From the NCBI RefSeq assembly GCF_009557235.1, contig NZ_CP045650.1:2610001-2642000 (forward strand): a stretch of 32,000 bases of DNA, given 5' to 3'. A program made the translations under genes and the position numbers. Positions 1 through 11,814 of this stretch are shown here, piece after piece. The notes below the pieces were generated by a model. That model saw only the letters and a program-made list of their open reading frames with translations. It had not been told where the DNA came from and ran no database searches. Origin of the DNA: Acinetobacter wanghuae (GTDB taxonomy: Bacteria; Pseudomonadota; Gammaproteobacteria; Pseudomonadales; Moraxellaceae). Position 1 is the first letter of the stretch, and the number at the start of each line of letters is the position of its first letter.

Positions 1-1336
<1,336 letters not shown>

Positions 1337-1347
1337 TCAAAATAATG

Positions 1348-2219
1348 TTAAACGGCAGCGGCACCACCAACGATCTCAGAAATTTCCTGAGTAATCGCGG
1401 CTTGACGCAGCTTGTTATAAATAAGTTGTAGGCTCTTAATGATCTCGCCCGCATTGTCAGTTGCTGCTTTCATAGCAACCATACGTGCAGACTGCTCACA
1501 CGCGATGTTTTCAATCACGCCTTGATATACACCACAGACTCGATATAGCGAACCAACAAACCATTTAAAAGCTCTTCAGCTTCAGGTTCGTAGATGTAAT
1601 CCCAACCGTATTGACGGTTCAGATTCTCGCCCTCATCAGCCGCAGCCAATGGAACAAGTTGTTCGATCTTTTGATTTTGAGTCATGGCATTGACAAAGCC
1701 ATTTGACACTAGATAAATACGATCTAACTCGCCTTTATCATAAGCGTCTAACATCACCTGTACAGAACCAGATAACTGCTCAAGACTTGGTGTATCACCG
1801 ACTTGCGTCGTTGCACCAAGAACTTTACCGCCGTAGTTTTTAAAAAACGAAACCGCTTTTTGACCAATTAAAGCAAATTGAACTTCAATTGACTGCTCTT
1901 GTTGCTGTTGAACGTGTTTGACCACTTTCTTGAACAAGTTAATGTTCAAACCACCAGCAAGGCCACGATCTGAAGACACAATAATATAGCCAACGCGCTT
2001 TACAGGACGTTCAACCATATAACGGTGTTTGTATTCAGGATTCGCTTGAACCAAATGAGCAATTACACGGTGCATATTTTCGGCATACGGACGGCCTTGA
2101 GCCATGCGCTCTTGCGCACGACGCATCTTAGAAGCTGCTACCATTTGCATCGCTCGAGTAATCTTTTGCGTGCTCTTGATACTAGCTACTTTGGCGCGAA
2201 TTTCTTTTAAATTTGCCAT
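1348..2219 (-). pseudogene. atpG: F0F1 ATP synthase subunit gamma; frame interrupted as sequenced by an apparent 2-nt insertion near 1525-1529
   Basis: ORF 1515-2219 (234 aa, [36 protein letters not shown]...) is the N-terminal four-fifths of gamma. A second frame ending at TAA 1348-1350 encodes the conserved C-terminus ...[31 protein letters not shown]...[15 protein letters not shown]. The total span is 872 nt (3n+2). Confidence 0.85.
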
Positions 2220-2309
2220 ACGCTTAACCTAGTATTCGAAAGCCCTTTCGAGCTTCCGAAGGTTGATTCCGTGAACCAAACCGACACTAAATTTCAAACC
2301 AGTTGAAAC

Positions 2310-3854
2310 TTAGTAAGTTTGAGTCGCTTTAAAGCTTTCAATACCTGCTTTGAATTGTGCTTCGATTTCTTTATCCCAAGCACCAGACTCGTCAATTTTT
2401 TGCATTAACGCAGCATGTTCTGAACGGAAGTAAGAAACAAGTGCAGCATCAAAGTCTACAATTTTCTTCACTTCAACGTCAGTCATATAACCTTCGTTAG
2501 ATGCATAAATTGAAACAGCTTGGTCAGCGATTGAATATGGAGCATATTGTTTTTGCTTCATTAATTCAGTTACGCGTTGACCGTGTTCTAACTGCTTACG
2601 AGTTGCTTCATCAAGGTCAGAAGCAAACTGAGCGAACGCTGCTAATTCACGATATTGAGCCAAAGCGGTACGGATACCACCAGACAATTTTTTGATGATC
2701 TTCGTTTGCGCAGAACCACCAACACGAGATACAGAGATACCCGCGTTCACAGCAGGACGAATACCTGCGTTGAATAATGATGTTTCTAGGAAGATCTGAC
2801 CATCAGTAATCGAAATTACGTTCGTTGGTACGAATGCAGATACGTCACCCGCTTGAGTTTCAATAATCGGCAATGCAGTTAATGAACCAGTTTGGCCTTT
2901 AACTTCACCGTTAGTGAATTTCTCAACGTAGTCAGCAGATACACGAGAAGCACGTTCAAGTAGACGTGAATGTAGATAGAACACGTCACCTGGGTAAGCT
3001 TCACGACCTGGTGGACGGCGTAAAAGCAATGAAATTTGACGATACGCAACAGCTTGTTTAGACAGGTCATCATAAATGATAAGCGCGTCTTCACCACGGT
3101 CACGGAAGTATTCACCCATTGTACAGCCAGAGTACGGAGCAAGATAAAGCATTGCTGCTGGATCTGATGCACCTGCTGCGACAACAGTTGTATACGCCAT
3201 AGCGCCAGTTTCTTCTAGCTTGCGCACAACGTTAGCGATAGTCGATTGTTTTTGACCAATTGCTACGTATACACATTTAATGCCAGAGTTTTTCTGAGCG
3301 ATGATCGCATCGATCGCCATTGCTGTTTTACCAGTTTGACGGTCACCAATGATCAACTCACGTTGACCACGGCCTACAGGAATCATTGTATCTACTGATT
3401 TATAACCAGTTTGTACAGGTTCATCCACTGATTGACGCCAAATTACGCCTGGTGCTACTTTTTCAACAGCATCAGTTAATTTTGCATCAATTGGGCCTTT
3501 TGCATCAATTGGGTTACCCAAAGCATCTACTACACGGCCTAAAAGTTCTGGACCAACCGGAACTTCTAATACACGACCTGTGCAACGAGCTTTTTGACCT
3601 TCTTGAAGGCTTAAGTAGTTACCTAAAACAACGACGCCCACTGAATCCTGTTCTAGGTTCAGTGCCATACCAAAAAGGCCGCCGTCGAATTCGATCATTT
3701 CACCGTACATTGCATCAGCAAGGCCGTGAATACGCACAATACCGTCGGAAACCATAACAATGGTCCCTTCGTTCTTAGCGGTTGCGCTGGTGTCCAGATC
3801 GCCGATACGCTGTTTAATGAGCGCACTGATCTCGGATGGATTCAGTTGTTGCAT
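2310..3854 (-). CDS. atpA: F0F1 ATP synthase subunit alpha
   Basis: Track ORF 2310-3869. I prefer the internal ATG ([17 protein letters not shown]..., 514 aa), which has GAGG 9 nt upstream; the 3869 start is a TTG. Contains Walker A GDRQTGKT and a typical alpha sequence throughout. Confidence 0.95.
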   Translation of the reverse strand: MQQLNPSEISALIKQRIGDLDTSATAKNEGTIVMVSDGIVRIHGLADAMYGEMIEFDGGLFGMALNLEQDSVGVVVLGNYLSLQEGQKARCTGRVLEVPVGPELLGRVVDALGNPIDAKGPIDAKLTDAVEKVAPGVIWRQSVDEPVQTGYKSVDTMIPVGRGQRELIIGDRQTGKTAMAIDAIIAQKNSGIKCVYVAIGQKQSTIANVVRKLEETGAMAYTTVVAAGASDPAAMLYLAPYSGCTMGEYFRDRGEDALIIYDDLSKQAVAYRQISLLLRRPPGREAYPGDVFYLHSRLLERASRVSADYVEKFTNGEVKGQTGSLTALPIIETQAGDVSAFVPTNVISITDGQIFLETSLFNAGIRPAVNAGISVSRVGGSAQTKIIKKLSGGIRTALAQYRELAAFAQFASDLDEATRKQLEHGQRVTELMKQKQYAPYSIADQAVSIYASNEGYMTDVEVKKIVDFDAALVSYFRSEHAALMQKIDESGAWDKEIEAQFKAGIESFKATQTY

Positions 3855-3896
3855 TGCGCTATACCTCAATCTTTTTAAAGTTCAGTCTTCAAGCAA

Positions 3897-4433
3897 TTAC
3901 GCAAGAAGACGAGTACGCATTTTTTCAAGCTTGTTAAGCGCAGAATCATCTATCACTTGGTCGCCTGCACGAATAACCACACCAGCAATAAGCTCTGGTT
4001 TAACTTCAACAGTCACGCTTACAGCCGCTTCGAATTTCTTCTCTAATGCATGCGCAAGCAATTGTTCTTGTACTGAAGTCAATGGGAATGCTGATTCAAT
4101 TACAACATCCACAGTATTGTTATTCTGTGATTTAAGCTGCTCATATTCTGCTGCAATTTCAGGAAGAAGTGCCAAACGATTGTTTTCTGCAAGCAATGTC
4201 AAAAAGTTAGACACTGCTGCAGTTTGGTCTTCACCTAAAACTTTAGCAAAGAGAGTCACCTGCTCGGCAGGTGTAAGCTCAGGGCGATTTAGATAAGCTG
4301 AAAATGCTTCGTCTTGCACCGCAGCACTGAGCAATTCAAGTGCTTTTGACCAAGAGTCAGCTGCACTTTGCTCAGAAGCGTAAGCAAATGCTGCTTTAGC
4401 GTATGGGCGTGCCAACGTCAAGAGTTCAGCCAT
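3897..4433 (-). CDS. atpH: F0F1 ATP synthase subunit delta
   Basis: 178-aa ORF between atpF and atp[20 protein letters not shown]... is a typical delta/OSCP N-terminus. Confidence 0.9.
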   Translation of the reverse strand: MAELLTLARPYAKAAFAYASEQSAADSWSKALELLSAAVQDEAFSAYLNRPELTPAEQVTLFAKVLGEDQTAAVSNFLTLLAENNRLALLPEIAAEYEQLKSQNNNTVDVVIESAFPLTSVQEQLLAHALEKKFEAAVSVTVEVKPELIAGVVIRAGDQVIDDSALNKLEKMRTRLLA

Positions 4434-4445
4434 AATCCGCCTCTC

Positions 4446-4916
4446 TTAAAGTTTAGCAGCCAGCTGAGTCAGCATGGCATTGTGAGCTTCTGCATCAACT
4501 TGTTGGCTAAGAATTTTCTCAGCCCCAGTTACTGCAAGAGCAGCCACTTGTTGACGCAATTCTTCGCGAGCAGAATTGATTTCTGTATCAACAGCTTCTT
4601 TAGCCTGTTGACGAATACGCTCACCTTCAGCAGATGCTTGAGTACGCGCTTCTTCTACCAATTGTGCACCACGACGGTTCGCTTGTTCGATCAATTGAGC
4701 CGCTTGTGCTTTCGCTGCATCTAATTCAGCTTTCACTTGTGCTTGCGCATCCGCAAGATCAGCTTTGGCTTTTTCAGCTGCATTTAAGCCATCAGCGATT
4801 TTACGCTGACGTTCACTAATCGCATTGATTAGTGGTGGCCATACAAACTTCATGCAGAATGCGACAAAAATCGCAAATGCAATCGCTTGGCCAAACAATG
4901 TGAGGTTGATATTCAT
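4446..4916 (-). CDS. atpF: F0F1 ATP synthase subunit b
   Basis: 156-aa ORF with one N-terminal TM helix followed by a long Ala/Glu/Gln-rich helix. Operon position fits. Confidence 0.9.
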   Translation of the reverse strand: MNINLTLFGQAIAFAIFVAFCMKFVWPPLINAISERQRKIADGLNAAEKAKADLADAQAQVKAELDAAKAQAAQLIEQANRRGAQLVEEARTQASAEGERIRQQAKEAVDTEINSAREELRQQVAALAVTGAEKILSQQVDAEAHNAMLTQLAAKL

Positions 4917-4955
4917 TGCAAATTCCTCAAATAGTGAATTTCGGAATTAAGCTGA

Positions 4956-5210
<255 letters not shown>

Positions 5211-5284
5211 TCAGAGGTTAGGTTTATACCAAATTTAAGTTAAAAAATTGTGCCCAACCATCTCGTGATAGTTAGGCAATACCA

Positions 5285-6163
<879 letters not shown>

Positions 6164-6264
6164 TCACACCTGGTCAATGTCAAAAACTAATGAAACTTAC
6201 GAATATCGCGTGCTGCTTGATATCTCGCTCGTCTCCAAAAAAACTTTTCAATTTCTTGTTGTGC

Positions 6265-6663
6265 CTAAACTCGTCGTTGTAGACGTGACGCCCAAAAAGG
6301 AGCGACCCACGACATGGCTTGAACGAGGATAAAACCACAGAACAATGCAACCGGTGACAACGGTTCAACATTCTTCAAAATCAAAATGAATCCAACAATC
6401 ATAATTGCAAACTTACCGAGCATGCCCCTATACATGTTCGATAGAACTTGTTTGGTTGCTCGAGCACCCGCAGCACGAAACGATTGCCACGTAAAATAGC
6501 AACTCGCCAGCCAACATACTAATGCACCCAAGGCTGCACTTAAGGCTGCGGTCGAGTCAGTCGTGACCCAACCGATCAGCGCTGAAACAGGAATCATTAT
6601 TGCTTGTAAGATGACTAAAGCTTTCGCTAATCGTCGGTCAATCAAGCGACTAGTTCGGCTCAT
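6265..6663 (-). CDS. atpI: ATP synthase protein I
   Basis: 132-aa small hydrophobic protein encoded as the first gene of the atp operon. The call rests on position and size. Confidence 0.75.
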   Translation of the reverse strand: MSRTSRLIDRRLAKALVILQAIMIPVSALIGWVTTDSTAALSAALGALVCWLASCYFTWQSFRAAGARATKQVLSNMYRGMLGKFAIMIVGFILILKNVEPLSPVALFCGFILVQAMSWVAPFWASRLQRRV

Positions 6664-6727
6664 TATTTATTCACTCACAGCAATCATGCTTGACAAGTTT
6701 AGCTGATGATTATTTTAAATCGCAGGC

Positions 6728-6756
6728 ATTATAGAGTTACACCCCTGAACATGCAA
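6728..6756 (-). promoter_or_regulatory. Candidate sigma70 promoter of the atp operon
   Basis: The minus strand reads TTGCAT, a 17-nt spacer, then TATAAT (plus 6751-6756 atgcaa; 6728-6733 attata), about 65 nt upstream of the atpI ATG. Confidence 0.5.
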
Positions 6757-6836
6757 TCTTTTCCCGACCTTAGTCGACAATTTTTAAATGCATGATTTGC
6801 CTTTAAACTAATCAAAAATAGATTAGTTTTTAATCA

Positions 6837-7673
6837 TTATTGGGAATTTAACACACATTTATGCGTTTGTTGCGCTAATTGTTGCCATGCTGACACAAAG
6901 TCCCCTGCCCCGCTCATACTTTCATCCACAGATTGGAAGACGATTGGGTTCAGTTTTTGGTATTGATTTTTGCTGGCATGCCCTTCTGCGAGCAAACACA
7001 TCTTCGTGCGTGCACGTGTATCTTGCAAGTATTTAATTTGTGCAACCGTTGGAGAAACGTGCGGGTCATCGGTCAATGCGCCTGCAAATTTCAAACTCAA
7101 TGGACGTTCTAAATACTGATAGGCATCATGATACGACCAATACGGCTGGACTTTAGTATTGGCATTAAAGCGCTGTGCAGTCTTCAGCATTTTTTGTGCG
7201 AACTGACGAGCATTTTTAAAATATGCCTCACGATGCTGTGGCATTTGCTGCGAACGTAGCGCAGCAATAAAGAAGCCAATCCGTACCGCATTGTTTGGAT
7301 CGAGCCAAACATGGGTGTCGACTGTATTTTTTAGCGCTTGACCGCGTGGATTACGCATCGGTAAGGTCGCTAAAATACCTGAGTCTAAAAGCGCAATACT
7401 TTTATGGCTTTCTTGAAGTACTTTAGTCAAAGGTGCTTCGTGTGCTTCACCGAGCCAAATCACTAAACCTGCATTTTGAATCAGTTTACGGTGCGCAGGT
7501 GTCAGACTGACATCATGTCCAGTTTGATGTGCCAACAACAAAGTCGGCTGTTCAATTCCCTGTGTTACTTGTTTCGCAATTAAATAAATCGGTTGCGTAG
7601 AAATCACCAAGTTTTGTGACCAACTTAGACTACTCAAAAGTGCCAAAGTACAAAACGCGAGAAAACGAGACAT
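6837..7673 (-). CDS. znuA: Zinc ABC transporter periplasmic substrate-binding protein
   Basis: 278-aa ORF with a signal peptide (MSRFLAFCTLALLSSLSWSQ) and ZnuA/TroA-like sequence. It is divergent from zur-znuCB with a Zur box in between. Confidence 0.88.
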   Translation of the reverse strand: MSRFLAFCTLALLSSLSWSQNLVISTQPIYLIAKQVTQGIEQPTLLLAHQTGHDVSLTPAHRKLIQNAGLVIWLGEAHEAPLTKVLQESHKSIALLDSGILATLPMRNPRGQALKNTVDTHVWLDPNNAVRIGFFIAALRSQQMPQHREAYFKNARQFAQKMLKTAQRFNANTKVQPYWSYHDAYQYLERPLSLKFAGALTDDPHVSPTVAQIKYLQDTRARTKMCLLAEGHASKNQYQKLNPIVFQSVDESMSGAGDFVSAWQQLAQQTHKCVLNSQ

Positions 7674-7700
7674 GGGAGAGAATCACGATAAAAACTTAAG

Positions 7701-7715
7701 TGTTATAATATAACA
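7701..7715. promoter_or_regulatory. Zur box (zinc uptake regulator operator)
   Basis: TGTTATAATATAACA has perfect 7-nt inverted arms around one central base and matches the gammaproteobacterial Zur-box pattern GTTATA-N-TATAAC. It lies in the znuA/zur divergent spacer and overlaps -10-like hexamers on both strands. Confidence 0.8.
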
Positions 7716-7812
7716 AATTCGCAAAAATACCTATGCCTGATCGAAAGTCCAAGGACTTCATGTTAATATTTCAGGTCTTCTTCTTTTTTCTGTTTCGCAC
7801 TTGAGGTGAACT

Positions 7813-8310
7813 ATGGGTTCATGTTCGCACGAACATCACAACGCATTGCACGGCGTACACGACCATCCAAATGTCGCACAACGTCTCGCTGAAGCGGAAA
7901 GTTTCTGTGCAACAACGGGCGCACGTTTAACTCCTTTACGTAAAGAAGTGTTGGAACTGATTTTAAATGCCACAGGTCCAATGGGCGCTTATGACTTGCT
8001 CGCAAAAATCAAAAACAACAGCGACCGACCTGCTGCTCCCCCGACCGTCTATCGCACACTCGACTTTTTACTTGAGAATGGCTTTATTCATCGCTTAACG
8101 TCTATTAATGCTTACATTCCATGTTGTCATCCGCGTGAAGGACATCAAGCTGCATTTTTAATTTGTACCGAATGTAAAGCCGTGAAAGAAGCATCAGCTC
8201 AAGGTCTCTTAGATCAGTTGGCAGCCCTTGCGGATTCAGACGGCTTTAGCGCCCATCATAGTATTATTGAAATTTCAGGAATGTGTCAGCAGTGTCGCAA
8301 CAAAGCATGA
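7813..8310 (+). CDS. zur: Zinc uptake transcriptional regulator, Fur family
   Basis: 165-aa ORF with a GAGGTG RBS, a Fur-family winged helix (PTVYRTLDFLLENGFIHRL), CxxC pairs (CTEC, CQQC) and a His-rich N-terminus. Confidence 0.9.
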   Translation: MGSCSHEHHNALHGVHDHPNVAQRLAEAESFCATTGARLTPLRKEVLELILNATGPMGAYDLLAKIKNNSDRPAAPPTVYRTLDFLLENGFIHRLTSINAYIPCCHPREGHQAAFLICTECKAVKEASAQGLLDQLAALADSDGFSAHHSIIEISGMCQQCRNKA

Positions 8311-9074
8311 GTTCATCCGCGCTGATTCAACTCTCTAAAATTTGGGTCAATATTGATGAGCGTGACATTTTAAAAGCCATTGATTTTTCGCTGCAAGAAA
8401 AAGAAATTGTCACGCTGATTGGTCCGAATGGCGCGGGCAAATCAACTTTAATTAAAGTCATGCTCGGCATTGTCAAACCCAAATCTGGGGAAATTATTAC
8501 TGCGCGCAAGTTGAAGTTTTCTTATGTGCCACAAAAATTCAATCCATCGCATAGTCTGCCCCTACGGGTAAAAGACTTGTTGGCGCTAGAAAAATGCAAC
8601 CCTGATATTAAAGCTCAGATCGTGCGCGATACCGGTATTGCCAAACTTGAAAATTCTAAAGTTCAGCAACTGTCTGGTGGTGAACGTCAGCGAGTATTGC
8701 TCGCCCGCGCTTTGCTGCGTCAGCCCGATATTTTGGTACTTGACGAACCTATGCAAGGTTTAGACATTCAGTCTGAAGCTGAACTGTATGACTATGTACG
8801 TAGCCTGCCTGAAAAATACGGCTGTGCCATTTTAATGGTTTCGCATGATTTGCAATGGGTGATGCAAGGCACTTCACGTGTGGTCTGCCTCAATAAACAT
8901 ATTTGTTGCAGCGGTAGTCCTGCCAACGTCCAACAACATCCTGAATATCAAGCGATCTTTGGCACCAATCGTGTGTTCTATCAACATCATCATGACCATT
9001 GTGCACATGGTGATGCCGCAACACCGTGTCAAAATGACCCACGCCCACATATTCACCCCGAGCCGGAAGCTTAA
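8307..9074 (+). CDS. znuC: Zinc ABC transporter ATP-binding protein
   Basis: Track ORF starts at 8283. I prefer the ATG at 8307, which forms an ATGA overlap with the zur stop (MSSSALIQLSKIW...). Contains Walker A GPNGAGKST, the signature LSGGERQR, Walker B LVLDEP and a His-rich C-terminal tail. Confidence 0.9.
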   Translation: MSSSALIQLSKIWVNIDERDILKAIDFSLQEKEIVTLIGPNGAGKSTLIKVMLGIVKPKSGEIITARKLKFSYVPQKFNPSHSLPLRVKDLLALEKCNPDIKAQIVRDTGIAKLENSKVQQLSGGERQRVLLARALLRQPDILVLDEPMQGLDIQSEAELYDYVRSLPEKYGCAILMVSHDLQWVMQGTSRVVCLNKHICCSGSPANVQQHPEYQAIFGTNRVFYQHHHDHCAHGDAATPCQNDPRPHIHPEPEA

Positions 9075-9077
9075 ACC

Positions 9078-9878
9078 ATGATGGATTGGTTACAACTCCT
9101 TTTACCTGCATGGATTATGGGAACACTATTGGTGTTCTTGACCGCACCACTCGGCTGTTTAATGTTATGGCGTCGTATGTCTTTCTTCGCTGACACCATG
9201 GCGCACGGGACTTTGCTCGGTGTTGCGATTGCCGGTGCTTTAAGTTTGCCACTCTGGATGGGGGTGACATTCTTAGCACTGCTTTTGGTGGCGGTGCTTT
9301 GGGTATTGCATGATCCGCGCTTACCGAATGATGCTTTGCTTGCACTCTGTTCTGCGACCTTACTCTGTTCAGGGCTATTGCTAATTCAACATTTGCCAAG
9401 TCTCAGACCTGAGCTTTTAAGCTATTTATTTGGTGATCTGCTTACGATTTCATGGTCAGACTTACCGATGTTTGCCATCGTGATTATTGTGGCATTAGGC
9501 GTACTGTATAAAAGTTGGCAATCTCAAATTCAAATTGCCATTGACCCTGACGTTGCAGCAAGTGAAGGCATCAGTGGCAACTGGCAGCGTTTAATCTTTA
9601 TGTTGCTGCTTGCACTATTCACGGTGCTTGCCCTTCGTGCAGTCGGTTCATTACTGATGGGCGCGCTTTTGGTTATTCCAGCACTCACTGCTCGACTTCT
9701 TGCCAACTCACCTAAACAAATGGTGCTATGGGCATTTGTGATTGCACAAATTGGGGTGACGGTCGGTTTATGGTCAAGTGCAGGTTTGAATACATCAACA
9801 GGGCTCACCATCGTTTTAACCATGGCGGTGTTGTTTACCCTGATCTTTATTGTGCAAAAGTTTAAAAAGCTGAGTTAA
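9078..9878 (+). CDS. znuB: Zinc ABC transporter permease
   Basis: 266-aa polytopic membrane ORF starting 3 nt after znuC. ZnuB/ABC-3 family appearance. The start could be either of two tandem ATGs (9078 or 9081). Confidence 0.88.
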   Translation: MMDWLQLLLPAWIMGTLLVFLTAPLGCLMLWRRMSFFADTMAHGTLLGVAIAGALSLPLWMGVTFLALLLVAVLWVLHDPRLPNDALLALCSATLLCSGLLLIQHLPSLRPELLSYLFGDLLTISWSDLPMFAIVIIVALGVLYKSWQSQIQIAIDPDVAASEGISGNWQRLIFMLLLALFTVLALRAVGSLLMGALLVIPALTARLLANSPKQMVLWAFVIAQIGVTVGLWSSAGLNTSTGLTIVLTMAVLFTLIFIVQKFKKLS

Positions 9879-9883
9879 ATGTC

Positions 9884-10367
9884 ATGAGCAAACGATACTT
9901 TATGAGTGCCTGTTTGCTTGGTCAAAGAGTTCGTTACGATGGCGAAGATTGTTTAGTTCAAGACATTCTTAATCATCTTTTAGCGGATCAATACGTCACG
10001 CTATGTCCTGAAATAGCAGGCGGACTGCCCACCCCACGCCCACCTGCAGAAATTCAACATGGCTCAGGTATACATGTACTTGAGCAAAAAGCCCTCCCTC
10101 ATTTTAGATGCTACGGGAAAGGATGTTTCAGAAGCATTTATAGACGGTGCATATCGCGCATTAAAAGTTGCACAAGCTTTCCAAGCCACTCACGCGATTT
10201 TAAAAGCCAAAAGCCCTTCGTGTGGCAGTGGCTTAATTTATGATGGCTCATTTTCAGGACAGAAAATTTCAGGCGATGGTGTAACAGCTGCACTCTTTAA
10301 ACAGCGTGGCATTATTGTGCTGACAGAAGATGAGTTTTTACAGTCTTTAAAACGCCCATCTGTTTAA
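9884..10367 (+). pseudogene. DUF523 (YbbK/TudS-like) family protein, frameshifted as sequenced
   Basis: Two overlapping ORFs in different frames (9884-10243 and 10059-10367) carry the N-terminal (SACLLGQRVRYDG, CPEIAGGLPTPRPPAEI) and C-terminal (AILKAKSPSCGSG.IYDGSFSG, GDGVTAALF) halves of one DUF523 protein. Dropping one A from the A5 run at 10086-10090 restores a 160-aa ORF. Confidence 0.8.
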
Positions 10368-10417
10368 TCGTGATGAGAATGGGATATATATACCCCCTCC
10401 TCACCACAATGGTTATC

Positions 10418-11698
10418 TTAGTCATTTTCGCTGATGTGCTTAGAGATCAGTCCCGACACATCTGCACCTGAAGGTGCTTGATAGGTTTTCAAACCGAATT
10501 CACCAATAATTGCCAACAGATGATCAAAAATATCAGATTGGATATCTTCATACTCGCCCCAAGCTGTGGTCTGAGTAAAAGCATAAATCTCTAAAGGTAA
10601 GCCTTCCGTTGTGGGCTGCAACTGACGCACCAACAGACTTTCATGCTGAGCAATACCCGCATGCTGACTTAGATAGTATTTCACGTAGGCACGAAAAGTT
10701 CCCAAATTGGTTAAACGGCGCTGATTCATTAAATCATTTACGGTTTCGTTCCATGCTTTAAGCTCTACGTTTTTGGTTTCTAAATACTGCTGTAAAACTA
10801 AAAATTTTCTCAATTTTTCAAATTCTTGATCATTTAAAAAATGAATGCTGCTTTGGTCAATAAAAATGGAGCGTTTGATCCTACGGCAATTGGCATCTGC
10901 CATGCCACGCCAGTTTTTAAAGGTATCTGTTACCAAACGATTAGTCGGAATCGTGGTATAGGTTTTATCAAAATTTTGCACCGTCACCGTATGTAAAGAC
11001 ATATCTATTACACTACCATCGGCACCTAAAGATGGCATTTCAATCCAATCGCCAACACGAATCATGTCATAGGAAGAAATTTGTACGCTCGCGACAAGCG
11101 ATAAAATCGTATTTTGAAAGACCAACATCAGTACCGCGGCCATCGCACCAAAGCCTGCCAGTAAAGTAAACACATCTTTTTTTAAGAATGTGCCTAGAAT
11201 CATCAAACCACACACAATAAAGATAATTAATTTAACCAGTTGCAAGTAACCTTTAATCGGTTTGTTTTGCGACTTAGGATTCCGCTGATACATCAGATTA
11301 AAAATATTCAGCATTTCTGCAATCGACAAGGCAATTGTGAGAAAAATCCAAGCCTGAGCCAACATCTGAACCAACTGAATAAACTTTTCCGATAGATGCG
11401 GTACGGTATTAATGGTGTTGATAATAAATAAAGCAGGGACGATATTCGCAATTCGACGAATCACGCTGTGATTAGCGAAAATATCTTGATTGACGAAAGG
11501 CAATTTGGAAATTAAGCGGCGCAGCCCGACGACAACAAACTTCTTGGTGATGAAATAGAGAACAAATGCGATGGATAGCAGCATCAATAAGGAGCTCAAC
11601 ATATCCAACCATGGATATTGATCAATCCATGTGGTTATTTTTGTATAGCCATCTGCCAGCATTATAGAACCCTTGTTTTCAGTCAAACTCACGAACAT
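10418..11698 (-). CDS. Mechanosensitive ion channel family protein (MscS-like)
   Basis: 426-aa ORF with N-terminal TM helices followed by an MscS-type core (VGDWIEMPSLGADGSVIDMSLHTVTVQNFDKTYTTIPTNRLV). An alternative start at M13 (11662) has an AAGGG RBS. Confidence 0.85.
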   Translation of the reverse strand: MFVSLTENKGSIMLADGYTKITTWIDQYPWLDMLSSLLMLLSIAFVLYFITKKFVVVGLRRLISKLPFVNQDIFANHSVIRRIANIVPALFIINTINTVPHLSEKFIQLVQMLAQAWIFLTIALSIAEMLNIFNLMYQRNPKSQNKPIKGYLQLVKLIIFIVCGLMILGTFLKKDVFTLLAGFGAMAAVLMLVFQNTILSLVASVQISSYDMIRVGDWIEMPSLGADGSVIDMSLHTVTVQNFDKTYTTIPTNRLVTDTFKNWRGMADANCRRIKRSIFIDQSSIHFLNDQEFEKLRKFLVLQQYLETKNVELKAWNETVNDLMNQRRLTNLGTFRAYVKYYLSQHAGIAQHESLLVRQLQPTTEGLPLEIYAFTQTTAWGEYEDIQSDIFDHLLAIIGEFGLKTYQAPSGADVSGLISKHISEND

Positions 11699-11814
11699 CG
11701 TCTACCTAAGATATATTTAAAGCACACCCTAACAAATAATTGAGAACGCTTACCTGATGTATTGACATATCTTTACATTTCGAATCAATCGCGAAGCAGA
11801 AATAACAAGATGGA

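Noticed and set aside
3855-3869. 519-aa version of AtpA starting MRYSAM
   Set aside because: That start is a TTG located within the RBS region. The ATG at 3854 gives the canonical [15 protein letters not shown]-terminus.
3760-4296. 178-aa plus-strand ORF antisense to atpH, and similar ORFs at 2025-2210, 2501-2695, 2879-3184, 3386-3757, 4368-4724, 4634-4819, 5304-5627 and 5763-6017
   Set aside because: All lie fully inside well-supported atp genes on the opposite strand or in an alternative frame. They have low-complexity or odd composition and no recognisable motifs, so they are shadow ORFs.
6805-6831. AAACTAATC-N7-GATTAGTTT hairpin just downstream of znuA as its terminator
   Set aside because: On the minus (znuA) strand the stem is followed by AAAGGC, not a U-tract. 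The T-tract is on the plus strand, where there is no gene to terminate. Left uncalled.
8283-8306. Upstream start (MSAVSQQS...) for znuC
   Set aside because: It would overlap the zur C-terminus by 28 nt. The ATG at 8307 gives the common ATGA stop/start coupling.
9884-10367. Treating 9884-10243 and 10059-10367 as two separate overlapping genes
   Set aside because: The two frames encode consecutive halves of one DUF523 fold. The tail of the first ORF after the A5 run (ALPHFRCYGKGCFRSIYRRC...) looks like out-of-frame sequence.
10368-10417. Possible hairpin GTGATGAG...CTCCTCAC between the convergent DUF523 and MscS genes
   Set aside because: The stem is imperfect with bulges and has no U-tract on either strand.
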